Below are positions 41,232 through 53,163 of a DNA stretch of 64,000 nucleotides, piece by piece (the first letter of the stretch is position 1; the number at the start of each line of letters is the position of its first letter). The notes beneath the pieces are model-generated. The model was not told the origin of the DNA, made no database searches, and worked only from the letters and a program-made list of their open reading frames with translations. Source of the DNA: an uncultured Acidimicrobiia bacterium (GTDB taxonomy: Bacteria; Actinomycetota; Acidimicrobiia; Spongiisociales; UBA5794); contig CAWIBM010000004.1 in assembly GCA_963834375.1 (NCBI GenBank), positions 97,297 through 161,296 of the forward strand. Direction: 5' to 3'. Made by a program: the position numbers and the translations under genes.

Positions 41232-41253
41232 TGTCACAGCGGTCTGGTATAAC
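41232..41253 (+). promoter_or_regulatory. putative PafBC/RecA-NDp-like promoter TGTCAC-N10-TATAAC
   Basis: cTGTCAcag-cggtctgg-TAtaac matches the spacing of tTGTC(G/A)gtg-N8-TAnnnT; ATG 6 nt after the -10 (leaderless). Confidence 0.6.
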
Positions 41254-41267
41254 GAACGTATGTTCGA
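41252..41267. promoter_or_regulatory. LexA (SOS) box overlapping the DUF222 start codon
   Basis: ACGAAC-GTAT-GTTCGA, one mismatch to the actinobacterial TCGAAC-N4-GTTCGA. Confidence 0.8.
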
Positions 41268-42458
41268 TACAACGTCAGACAGCACCGATATCCGCACCAC
41301 CGCGGCCCGGGTCGAAGCCTGGGAAGACGAGATCCTCGAGATCGAAACCAATGTCACCCGGCAGCGGGCCCGCCAAGTCCAACTGCTGCGCAAGCTGGAC
41401 CGACACCAGGTGGACGCCGGGGCGGGGATGCGCACCATGGGCGACTGGATATCCGCCCACCTCGACGTCTCCTCCCAGACCGCCAACCGGCTGTGGCAAC
41501 TGGCCCGCGCCGGCAACGAGCGAGATCGACAGCCTGATGGCCGACGGTCGCTGCGGCCTGGACCGTGCTGCAGTGCTCGGTAAAGCTCCGCGCCGCCGAC
41601 GTAAACGACGACCAGCTGGGTAACGCCACCGCTTCGGGGTTCTCACTGGGACGGCTCTACGGGCTGTCTGGACCGGGTCCGGTCCTTCACCGCCGGCGAT
41701 GAACGCAATGTGTTCGCCAACCGGTATCTGGTGATCCAACCCTCCCTCGACGACGCCGCCTACAAACTATGGGGGCTCTTGCCCGGCGTCGACGGGCAGG
41801 TCATCGCCGCCGCCCTCGACCAGCCGGGAGACCGAGTTGCCGGTGCTACCGGGTGAAGGCAACGGGCAGGGGCAGCGCCGCGCCGACGCCCTCACCGCCA
41901 TCTGCCTCGACACCCTCACCGGACACCCGACCACACCGGTGACAGGACCAGCCCGGGCGGTGACCGTCGCCGAAGTGTTCATCGACGCCGGCCTGGCCGC
42001 TGAAGACGGCGGCGAATCCGGTGCCACCTCTGGCCTCCGGGGTCAAGGTCGGGCCCAACACCCTCGCTGAGATCGTCTGCGGCGGCAGGGTGCGGGTGAT
42101 AGCCGTCGACGGGCTCCACCCCGTCGCCTACACCGACCGCACCGACGTGATACCCCCGGCGGTCCGACGCTTCGTGCAATGGCGGGACATGGGTCAATGC
42201 TCCATCGAAGGCTGCCACAGCCGATACCGGATCCAACCCCACCACATCCTCGAACGCCACCGCGGCGGGAGTCACGACCCGGAGAATCTGGTCAGCCTGT
42301 GCTGGTACCACCACCACGTCGCCATCCACCAACTCGGCTACACCATCGACCCGGGCTCACCCATCCATCGCCGCAAGCTGCTCTCCCCCCGCCAACCCAC
42401 CGGGCCACCCCTCCGCGACCGCTACCCGCACCTGGCGACCATCGCCACCGCCGCCTAG
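41260..42458 (+). pseudogene. DUF222-HNH (REP13E12-like) protein, about 4-5 frameshifts (pseudogene or indel errors)
   Basis: Pieced across frames: MFDTTS...GDWISAHLDVSSQTANRL; QRRADALTAIC; IPPAVRRFVQWRDMGQCSIEGC...PHHILERHRGGSHDPENLVSLCWYHH (HNH). Confidence 0.82.
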
Positions 42459-42585
42459 CCGAGTTGAGTCCGGTCGACCGATCCCGGAGCCCAGGCAGCT
42501 CGATCCGAAGGAAAATGGGTTGTTCACCCGATGCGAGGCCCCTGCGACCGGAGCACGGTGGCCGAGACGAGCGTGGGAGGACGCG

Positions 42586-43044
42586 ATGATCGAGATCGGG
42601 TTCCAACGACAGACTCTCGTTGCGCCGGATGTGGTCCTGGCGGCTGCGATCGACTTCTCGGAGCGACGGCCAGAGATCTGGACGATGCTCGACCCCGAGA
42701 CATACCAAGTCCATGAGGTTGGTGCTGCGTCGGCGGACGTCACCGAGGGCAGTGCGGTGCTGGGCGGCATCTGGGCGCGAGAAGCGTACGACTGGTCGCT
42801 CCCGGGCGCCGTGCGAGCAGTTGAACGGGAGTCCAAGGTCTTCGCCCCGGGCAGCAGCTGGGAGCTGACCGTCGAAGCCCTGCCCGGCGGCGGCTCCGGC
42901 GTCTCATGGCTGGCGCGGCGCCGGGGCGCCGGCTTCAAGGGCCGGCTGCTGACGACGATGCTGCGGTTCCGCGGCGAGAAGCTCCTGGCCGCCTACCTCG
43001 AGGAGACGCTGGTTCGTCTCGAGGAGCCGGCAGCGGTCGATTGA
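42586..43044 (+). CDS. SRPBCC/polyketide-cyclase-like protein
   Basis: VLAAAIDFSERRPEIW...YQVHEVG..ADVTEG...WARE.YDWS; GGAGG RBS. Confidence 0.7.
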   Translation: MIEIGFQRQTLVAPDVVLAAAIDFSERRPEIWTMLDPETYQVHEVGAASADVTEGSAVLGGIWAREAYDWSLPGAVRAVERESKVFAPGSSWELTVEALPGGGSGVSWLARRRGAGFKGRLLTTMLRFRGEKLLAAYLEETLVRLEEPAAVD

Positions 43045-43151
43045 ACGGAGGGCGGCCGGCGAGTCCGGCGGCCTTCTTCCTATCCAGCCTCATCAGGTGC
43101 GAACGATGCACCCGGTGGTCGTTGTGGTGGTGCGCGCTCCGGGCGGGACAG

Positions 43152-43723
43152 TCAGTCGACGTCTGGATGGGAGTCGAAGGTGAGGTCGGCGGTGTCTACT
43201 ACCGCCGCCGTCCGACCCGGCGCCGAGTGCCCCGACCAGTACATGTTGGTGTGCGAGATCACCATGTCGGGGCTGGGGGCACCCCACTCGGAGAGGTCCT
43301 CAGTGGTGTGCGCGTCGCCGACCAGGATGGTGTCGTAGCCGCGGGCGATCGCACCGTGCAAAGTCGAACGAACGCATTCGTCGGTCTGGGCGCCGGTGAC
43401 GACGAGTCGGCCGAACTCGTCGCGCAGCCAGCTCCGACTCGAGGTCGGTGTCCTCGAACGAGTCGCCGTACCGCTTGTGGACGATCGGTTCCGACCCGTT
43501 CTGCTGGAGCTCCTCGACGTACTGCCACTCCTCGCTACCTACCGGCAGGTTGTCGGAGGAGTGCTGGACCCAGATCACGGGGACGTTCGCCGCCCGTGCC
43601 TTGTCGACGACATCCCTGATGTTGCCGACCACCTCGTCGCGCTCGATGAGTTTCGGCGACTACGCCCTTCTGCACGTCGATGACGAGGAGGGCCGTGTTG
43701 GGGCGGTTCGAGAACGTGCTCAT
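43152..43723 (-). CDS. isochorismatase-family cysteine hydrolase, two apparent frameshifts
   Basis: TALLVIDVQKGV (43723 frame), VHKRYGDSFEDTDL (43300 frame), GAQTDECVRSTLHGAIARGYDTILVGDAHTT (43152 frame). Confidence 0.85.
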
Positions 43724-43785
43724 GCCGGGCTCCCGGGTCGGGCCCTCCACCCTAATGAGGGCGAGTACCACAGGAACCCCGGCGG

Positions 43786-44212
43786 TCAGGCGCGCTCGGC
43801 CGAACATCCAGCGGTGGCCTTCCAGATCCTCTGCCGTGTAGATCCGAAAGCCGACGCCAGCGTCCTCGAGAGGCCGGACGACGATCGCCCCCGCGGCGAC
43901 GGCGCGCGCGTGGTGGGCATCGAGGTCGTCGACTTCTACGAAGACGCCGTCGATCACCCAGGGGTTGTCCAGCCAGCGGCTCGCCCACTCGCATGTCTCG
44001 CGGTGATGTCTCGGGCTCTGGTACTCGCGGTTGGGGGTGGCGAGCATGATCGTTTCCTCGCCGTGAACCAGCTCGGCGTGACCGACGACTCCATCCGCGT
44101 CGGTGTACCGCTGGCCCTCTCGTTCCGTGAACCCGAAAGCCTGGGTCAGCCAGTCGATCGCTGCTGCCGCATTCTCATAAGAGATCATCGGGGTGATGCG
44201 CGACTCAGTCAT
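43786..44212 (-). CDS. VOC/glyoxalase family protein
   Basis: ITPMISYENAAAAIDWLTQAFGF, HAEL, AEDLEGHRWMF; true stop probably TGA at 43786 (one indel fuses it to the next gene in the track). Confidence 0.82.
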
Positions 44213-44446
44213 GAGCTCGTCCCGATCCTAACGATGACGGACCGAGGGTCGCAGTGGACCTCCACCCGGGTCCGGCCGACACTCTGGTACCTGGTCCGGC
44301 AAAGACCGCCCGTATCAGCGGGTCTGATCCGGTGGAGCTGGGCGACTCCGCCCACCACCTGACTGCGGCTCACGGCGCTGCGCTCCACCCCGGTTTCTGG
44401 CCTGACTGAGTTGGGAAGAGTGAAAGGGTCAGCCTGGGAGGTTTTG

Positions 44447-44578
44447 ATGATGCGAACGCTGATCGCCCTGCTGCTGGCTGCCGTCCTCATGCTCGGTGGG
44501 TGCAGCTACGGCGACGACGGTGGCAACACCGGCGGCGGTTACGGCGCCGCCGGTGCGACGAGCGCCGCCATCCTGTAA
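44447..44578 (+). CDS. 43-aa putative lipoprotein (absent from ORF track)
   Basis: GGGAGG RBS, MMRTLIALLLAAVLMLGG|CSYGDDGGNTGGGYGAAGATSAAIL*; lipobox LGGC. Confidence 0.6.
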   Translation: MMRTLIALLLAAVLMLGGCSYGDDGGNTGGGYGAAGATSAAIL

Positions 44579-44583
44579 CGAGG

Positions 44584-44664
44584 AGTCGAGGTCCGGGGGG
44601 CCTCGGCTGTGCCGTCGTCCCTGGGTGGTCATTGCACGCACGATGACGCCACCCAGGGCGACGG
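44584..44664. other. two adjacent hairpins (8-bp stem with G6 loop; about 20-bp imperfect stem)
   Basis: AGTCGAGG-tccgggggg-CCTCGGCT; CCGTCG(t)CCCTGGGTGG-TCAT..ATGA(cg)CCACCCAGGG-CGACGG. Confidence 0.7.
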
Positions 44665-44909
44665 TCGCCGGGCGGGCGCTCCGAGCCGCGGGGACAACGG
44701 GCACTGGTACGGGTTATCACCCAGGCGGCCAGACGGGTACCGCGTCTCTCACGTTGACCCTACGCGTCCTCGGCAGACCCGGCGCCTTGGGGTCCACTTC
44801 CGTGACCCCCCGAGCTCACCGGTGCCTGCAATCGCGGACGGTGATGGACGGCCAAGACATGAGCTGTTGCATACGCCGCTTCCCCGGGGTTGGTGCGTAG
44901 GCTCATCTC

Positions 44910-45516
44910 ATGGACGAGCCGGTGTCCTGGGCGCGACGGTTGGTGGGGCAGCTCGAGTACCACTGGGAGGCTCATGTCCTGCCCCGGCTCGCTGGCCTGA
45001 CCGACGAGGAGTACTTCTGGGAGCCGGTCGAGGGGTGTTGGAGCTTGCGCCCGACCGGTGATGGGCGGTGGCGCATGGACGGGGGCGGCGATCCCGTCCC
45101 CGGGCGACCACCGCTGACCACGATCGCCTGGCGGATGACGCACATCTCGGTGGACTGCTACGAGAGCCGCTGGCGGGCGTTCTTCGGTGGCGAGGGGCCG
45201 AACATGTGGTCGCCGGGGGAACGTCTTCTGGCTGCCGGTGACCTCCCCGGCACCGCGGCCGCTGGTGTCGCCTACCTGGCCGCTGCGTACGGGCGTTGGC
45301 GGGATGCCGTCTCCGCGCGTCAAAGACGACGAGCTGATGCGACCCCTGGGACCGAAGGGTGCCGACTTCGCCGCCGACCCCATGGCCGAGCTGGTGCTCC
45401 ACATCAGCCGGGAGGCGATCCATCACGGCGCCGAGATCTGCTTGCTGCGCGACCTCTTCGCGACGTCGACGGCCCACATACCGGCCGGGCCCGACGTTGA
45501 CGCGACGCCCATCTGA
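44910..45516 (+). CDS. DinB family protein, one apparent frameshift near 45318
   Basis: RLAGLTDEEYFWEPV, TTIAWRMTHI, then in the next frame ELVLHISREAIHHGAEICLLRDL; TAGGCT 6 nt before the ATG. Confidence 0.85.
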
Positions 45517-45635
45517 AGATCCACCGGCATCAGCCCATGGGCCGCCGCCCCGGGGTGACCACCTCCGGCAAGCCACCCAGGGAGTCACGGCGGGCGGACG
45601 GGTAACACCGTCCACCGGACCGGACCCTAACCGCG

Positions 45636-45748
45636 GTGTCCGCCACCACGGACCGCTACCAAGCACGTCCTCTCCGAGGAGGACCGGGAGGCGGCGATCG
45701 CGCCAGCGGAACGGATGGCCGGCGCCGCCTCCGACGGGAGCCGCTGAA
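45636..45748 (+). pseudogene. possible C-terminal remnant of a tyrosine integrase
   Basis: VSATTDRY then, after a 1-nt shift, KHVLSEEDREAAI, resembling the TT-x-R-Y-x-H box II end; about 80 bp from the tRNA 3' end. Confidence 0.25.
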
Positions 45749-45828
45749 ACCCTCCCGGAGACGGGTAGTCGTTGACCGAGAGGGTCGCCGGATCAGCGTC
45801 GGCGCCGGAAAACCCTTACGTTCCAAGG

Positions 45829-45913
45829 TGTCGGAGAGAGGACTCGAACCTCCACGAGCGATTAGCTCACCAGGCCCTCAACCTGGCGCGTCTACCAATT
45901 CCGCCACTCCGAC
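45829..45913 (-). tRNA. tRNA-Leu (anticodon GAG)
   Basis: GTCGGAG/CTCCGAC acceptor stem, TGGTAG D-loop, CCAGG-TTGAGGG-CCTGG anticodon arm, long variable arm, GGTTCGAGTCC; followed by CCT, so CCA is not fully encoded. Confidence 0.97.
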
Positions 45914-45939
45914 GTGGGGGACGAATCATACCGGCGCGG

Positions 45940-46374
45940 TCACAGGTAGAACCGGGCCAGGCAGGTGGCGACACACGCCGGGCGCTCGCTCCCTTCCAGC
46001 TCGATGGTGACCTCGGCGGTGGTCTGGATCCCTCCGGCGACCTCGGCGACCTCCTCGAGCACGGCATGCGCCCGGACCCGCGAGCCGGTGGGCACCGGGG
46101 TGATGAACCGCACCCGGTCGAGCCCGTAGTCGACCGCCATCCGCGCCGGGAGGTCTACCCGTGGGGCGATCGCCGGGATCAGCGAGAGCAGGAGGAACCC
46201 GTGGGCGATAGTGGAGCCGAACGGGCCCGACGCCGCCTTGTCGTCGTCGACGTGGATCCACTGGTGGTCGTCGGTGGCGTCGGCGAAGGCGTCGATCCGC
46301 TCCCGGGTGATCGTCGTCCACTCCCCGACCCCGATGGAGGACCCGACCATGGCCCGCAAGTCGTCGATGGACAC
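45940..46374 (-). CDS. MaoC family dehydratase
   Basis: IDAFADATDDHQWIHVD, STIAHGFLLLS, YGLDRVRFITPV; GGAGGG RBS before GTG. Confidence 0.9.
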   Translation of the reverse strand: MSIDDLRAMVGSSIGVGEWTTITRERIDAFADATDDHQWIHVDDDKAASGPFGSTIAHGFLLLSLIPAIAPRVDLPARMAVDYGLDRVRFITPVPTGSRVRAHAVLEEVAEVAGGIQTTAEVTIELEGSERPACVATCLARFYL

Positions 46375-46385
46375 GTTCCCTCCAG

Positions 46386-47955
<1,570 letters not shown>

Positions 47956-47959
<4 letters not shown>

Positions 47960-48983
47960 GCCGCTGAGCTCCCCGCCTCGGGCGTCCTCGACCTCGTCGA
48001 TGTGGTAACACCGCGAGCTCCGTGCTCGGGCTCGACCGTCGACCGAGCTCGGCTCCGGCTCCGCTTCCTGCGCAGATGTCGGTGGCGAACACGCACCGGG
48101 GCGACGGAACGGGCAACCGCCGGGGGCAAGCCGGAGGAGATCGGGCGGCGAGCCCGGGGATCGGGCGTCAGCTGGTCGCCGTCGCGAAGTCGAGGAGCGG
48201 GACCGAGCCGAGCAGGCCCAAGGTGTAGGGGTTGCGTCGGTGCTCGTAGAAGATGTCGTCGATGCCGCCGGACTCGAACGACGGCGCCGGCGTACATCAC
48301 GTTGACCCGGTCGGCGAGCCCGGCGACGACCCCGAGGTCATGGGTGATCGAGCACCATGGCGGCACCGGTGACCGCCTGCGCCTTCCGGATCACCTGGAG
48401 CACCTGGGCCTGGATGGTGACGTCGAGGGCGGTGGTCGGCTCGTCGGCGATGAGCAGCTTGGGCTCGTTGGCCATGGCCATGGCGATCATGGCCCGCTGG
48501 CGCATGCCGCCCGAGTACTCGTGGGGATACAGCTTGATCCGCCGCGTCGGGTCGGGGATCCCCACCAGGGCGAGCAGCTCGGTCGGCGCGGTCCACCGCC
48601 TCCTTCTTGGTGACGTCGTTGTGGAGCGTGATCGCCTCGACGATCTGGTCGCCGACGGTGAACACCGGGTTCATCGCCGTCATCGGGTCCTGGAAGATCA
48701 TGGCGATGTCCTTGCCGCGGATCTTGCGCAAGTCCTTCGGCTTCGGCGCCGATCAACTCCTTTCCGTCGAAGGTGACACTCCCGGTGACGACGGCGGACT
48801 TCGGGAAGCAGCCCCATGATGGCCAGCGAGGTCACCGACTTCCCCGAGCCCGACTCGCCCACGACGGCCAGCACCTCGCCGGGCGCACTGTCGAAGCTGG
48901 TGCCGCGGACGGCGGTGATCGTCGCCCTCGTCGCCGCGGAAGGTGACCGACAGGTCCCTGACCGCCAGGACCGGATCGGTCAA
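47956..48983 (-). CDS. oppD: oligopeptide ABC transporter ATPase OppD (many frameshifts)
   Basis: Fragments: [63 protein letters not shown]. Confidence 0.85.
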
Positions 48984-49924
48984 TGACCTCTCCGAGCCGT
49001 GGGATCGAGGGCGTCGCGCATGGCGTCACCGAGGAAGTTCGGTGCACAGCGTGATCGATCACCACGAAGAACCCGGGGATGAGGATCTTGGTCGGGTCGG
49101 AGTCGATGGCGCCCCGGTAGTCCTGGATGATGTTGCCGAGGCTGGGGATCGGGGGGCGCACCCCGAGCCCGAGGAACGACAGGGTCGACTCGATGACGAT
49201 GGCCGCTCCGACCGCCAGGGTGGCGTTCGACGACGATCGGGCCGAACGTGTTCGGGATGATGTGGCGGAACATGATCCGCCCCGGCTTGGCGCCGGCGGC
49301 CACCGCCGCCTGGACGAACTCCTGCTCCTTGAACTGGATGAACAGCGCCGCGGACGACACGGGCGATGACCGGCCACGAGAGGAGGGCGAGGAGGATCGC
49401 GGTGCTGTAGACGCCGCCGCCCCACTTCACCGCCACCACCAACAGCACCAGCAGCCCGGGGACGATGAGGAACAGGTTGGTGATCGAGGACAGCAGGTTG
49501 TCGATCCAGCCGCCGAAGAACCCGGCGATGGCTCCGATGATGGTGCCGATGATCGTGGTGAGCAGCGCAACGGTGATGGCGATGGTCATCGAGATCTGGC
49601 CCCCGGTGAACACCCGGACCATGAGGTCGCGCCCGATCTGGTCGGTGCCGAACGGATGGGTGAGCGACGGGCCCTGGTTCGGTAGGCCGGCGAGCACCTG
49701 GTCGTAGGTGAACGGCGACAGCCACGGGCCCGACCCAGAAGGCGAGGGTGAGCAGGACCAGGAGGATGAGCGACACCACCGCCACCGGGTGCTTCCTGAA
49801 CCGGTCCCAGGTCTGCTGGTCCTCGATGCTCGCGCGCCTCGACGTCCAATCCCTCGGCTTCGACGAGGATCGGGTCGAACCCGGCGACGATCTCCACCTG
49901 CTCGTGGGAACCGAGGTCAGTCAT
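48980..49924 (-). CDS. oppC: oligopeptide ABC permease OppC (several frameshifts)
   Basis: HPFGTDQIGRD, GAIAGFFGGWIDN, EFVQAAVAAGA..RIMFRHIIPN, ESTLSFLGLG. Confidence 0.85.
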
Positions 49925-50885
49925 AGCGCACCCTTGGGTCGAGGACTCCGTACATGACGTCGGCGACGAGGTTGAACAGGACGGTGATCGACCGCGGTGA
50001 ACACCATGATCGCCATCACCGGGTCGAGGTCGAATCCCTGCAGCGATTGGAGGAAGTAGCTGCCGATGCCCGGCCAGGCGAAGACGGTCTCGGTGATCAC
50101 CGACCCGGACAGCAGGATGGCGAAGTCGAGCGCCCAGATGGTGACCAGCGGGATGAGGGCGTTGCGCAGGGCGTGGTGGAGGATCACCCTGCGCTCGGGT
50201 ACCCCCTTGGCCCGGGCGGTGCGGGTGTACTCGGAGTTGATCACCTCGAGCATCGACGCCCGGCCGAACCGGCTCTCCCCGGCGACGCTGACCAGCATCA
50301 GGGTGACGACCGGGAGGGTCAGCGACCGTAACAGGTCGATGAAGTTGGCGTTGTGGTAGCCCGGTGCACATAGAACGGTGTGTTGCCGGTCCATTGCTGC
50401 CACCACACCCCCCAGAAGACCTGGAGCAGTAGGCCGAAGAAGAAGGTCGGCATCGAGATACCGACGAAGGAGAACGCGGTGAGGGCGTTGTCCCCGAGCG
50501 AGTACTGCCTCACCGACGAGTAGACCCCGAGGGCGACGGCGATCAACGCGGTGAGGATGAAGGCCGGTGTCGCCAGCATGATGGTCTTCGGTAACCGCTC
50601 GGAGAGGACCTCGGTGACCGGCCGGAACCCGTCGCGCACCGAGGTCCCCAGGTCGCCCTGGAGGGCGTCACCGAGCCAGCCGATGTAGCGCTGCGGGATG
50701 GTCTTGTCGAGCTCGTACATCTCGGTGATCCGCTGCTCGAACTCGGCGCCGCACCTGGTCGGCGGGCAGGTGGCGAGGAGCAGCTCGGGATCCGAAGAGA
50801 TCGAGGTCAGGTAGAAGACGACCATGGTGCCGACGAAGAGGAGGATGACCGACGAGAAGAGTCGGCGGACCGTGTAGGCGACCAT
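49921..50885 (-). CDS. oppB: oligopeptide ABC permease OppB (frameshifts near 50370 and 49980)
   Basis: MVAYTVRRL, GDLGTS, SMPTFFFG, EYTRTARAKG..HALRNAL, ETVFAWPGIG. Confidence 0.87.
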
Positions 50886-51170
50886 CAGCAGCCCCCTCGG
50901 TGATGTTGCGGCATCGTTTCACCGAATATACCAACCCGGGCCGACTTCTGCTGGTGCCGACGCACCGCGGACCCGACCGGAAAGGCTACGCCGTCAGGCG
51001 GAGACCGGCGATGGGGGCTGGGGGTCCCCCATCGCACCACGGTACAGGCCCGCCTGCAAGGCGGGCACCCAGAAGAGTGGCGTCGAGCCCGAGCAGGGCT
51101 CGAAAGCCGCTCGACCGTCCGGCGAAGCCGCAATTGGACGTGAGGCGCCAGCCGAAGAGCCGTGAACAGT

Positions 51171-51200
51171 GAGAGGGGGCCCGTTGCCGGGCCCCCTCTC
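51171..51200 (-). terminator. terminator/stabiliser hairpin after oppA
   Basis: GAGAGGGGGCCC-6 nt-GGGCCCCCTCTC, perfect 12-bp stem 24 nt after the oppA stop. Confidence 0.75.
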
Positions 51201-51224
51201 GGTCGTTTCGGTTCGCGCCCTGGA

Positions 51225-53114
51225 TCAGGGAGCGGGGCGAAGTCGACCACGTTGACGAGCGGGCCGGCGCTGTTGGCGTCCGGCGAGACCGCCCCGGCCG
51301 AGAGGGCCGTGTTGCTGTAGGCGTAGAACGACGGCTTCTGGGTCAGCGGAAGGACGATGAGGCCATCGCCGTCCGGACCGAGCGTCGTCACGTACTCGTC
51401 CAGCTCGTTGTAGCAGGTGGCTGCCTCGGCCTCGTCGACGATGAGGTCGCACTCGTCGGCCTTGGCGTCGAAGCCGGGGCTGGCGTAGCCGTACGGGTTG
51501 TTGCCGGAGTCGGTGCGGAACGAGAACGATCCGCTCCCCGGCCACGGGCCACCCACCCAGGCGAACTGGGTGAGTTCCCACACGGTCGGATCGCCACCGA
51601 ACGGGATGGAGAAGTACTCGCTACCCGGCAGGTTCTCGATCACGATCTCGATGCCGGCCTCCAGCATCTGCGCCTGGATGAGCTGCTGCTGCAGCTCGCG
51701 CAGCTGGTTGCCACCGGTCGTGCCGACCCGCAGCGACAGGCGCCCGTCGGTCGGGTGCTCGTAGATGCCGTCGGCTCCCTCGACGTAGCCGGCGCCCTCG
51801 AGCAGGGCCCGAGCGGCATCGACGTCGCCGGTGCCGTAGCCGGCCTCGCCCTGGTGGTCGACGTACGCAGGCTGGTTGGACATCCAGAAGGCGTTGCCCA
51901 GCCCGGCGGTCGGCAGCAGGTCGCCGAACAGCGGCGTGTACAGCGTCTCCACCACCTGCGCCTTGTTGAGGGCGTGGGCCAGGGCCTCGCGCACCTCCAC
52001 CTTGGCGAGGTGGACGTTGAGGATGTTCATGCCCCAGTGCTCCCACACCGGCCCCGCCAGCGGGTCCACCGTGAAGTTGGGGTCTTCCGCCAACTCGGTG
52101 AACTGCTGCTGCGGCTGGGTGAAGATGACGTGGGCCTGACCCGACTTCAGGGCGTTGACCTGGGCGTCGGTGTCGGCCACGTACTGGATGTCGACGCCGG
52201 CAACACAGGCGATGCCCTTGTTGACGGTATCCGGGCTGGTCGACCCGTTGTAGTTGTCGTTGCGCAGCATGTGGATGGCCACGCCACGCTCCCAGCTGTC
52301 GAACACCATCGGGCCCGAGGACGGGATCGGATCGCCGCTCGCCAGGGTCCACTCGCGCAGCGCCTCGTTGACCTCGGCCGCGGCAGTCGCCGGGTCGGCA
52401 TCGAAGACATGGCTCGGGTAGACCTCGGAGAACAGGGCCTTCCAACCGCCGAAGAACGCGCTCCACGTGATGGAGAACTCGGTCGGCGACGTCACCGCGA
52501 AATCGGTGATGGTGTCGTAGCCGGTCCGGTCGCCGATCAGGTAGATGAAGTCGTTCTCCGGGTCGGTGTCGGTGTCCTGGTCGTCGGGCGTGGTGTCCGG
52601 CCCGGTCGCCATGAAGGCGTCGAAGGTGAACTTGACGTCATCGGCGGTCAGGTCGTCGCCATCGGACCACACCAGGCCGTCACGCAGCACGAAGGTGCCG
52701 GTGAAGGTCCCGTCACCGTTGTCGGTCATCACGGCCTCCTCAGCCAGCAACTCCGGGAAGAAGGTGGTGGCTGCGGTGATGCCGTACAGACCGTCGAGCA
52801 GGCGCCTGGCGGACCCATGCGGTGGTGGTCAGGTTGTTGGCCGGGTCGTCCAGGTGCAGGTCAGGCGGCTCCTGCTCATGCGTCCAGACGAGGTTGCCCT
52901 CGCCCGCGTCGGCGCAATAGTCGTCGCCTGCTGCAGTGGTGGTACCCGGTGCCCCGGTCGTGTCGGACGGGGCGGCGGTTGTCGCCCCTGCGTCTGCTGC
53001 CGTGGTCGTGGCCTCGTCGCCCGTGTCGTCGTCGCCACCACAGGCAGCGACGATCAGCACGAAGGCGAGGAGAAGCACGGACCAGGCGAGCTTGCGGCTA
53101 TGCCACAAGTTCAA
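51225..53114 (-). CDS. oppA: family-5 ABC substrate-binding lipoprotein OppA (frameshifts near 52810 and at the C-terminus)
   Basis: Lipobox VAAC, Thr-rich linker, LRDGLVWSDG..LTADDVKFT, SSGP, VREALAHALNK, W-GG; AGGAGG RBS. Confidence 0.85.
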
Positions 53115-53163
53115 GGTGTTGCCTCCTTATGAATGGAAGCACTCCTCGACGGCTGTATCGCCG

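Noticed and set aside
42478-42510. CCGATCC...CCGAAG as a second SigK promoter before SRPBCC
   Set aside because: The 20-nt spacer is too long for an ECF promoter.
43535-44212. Apparent VOC-isochorismatase fusion
   Set aside because: One indel near 43798 removes the VOC stop (TGA at 43786), and the isochorismatase has its own ATG at 43723.
50885-52750. OppA ORF with a long C-terminal extension to oppB
   Set aside because: The extension runs through a terminator hairpin; a 1-nt shift gives a stop at 51225.
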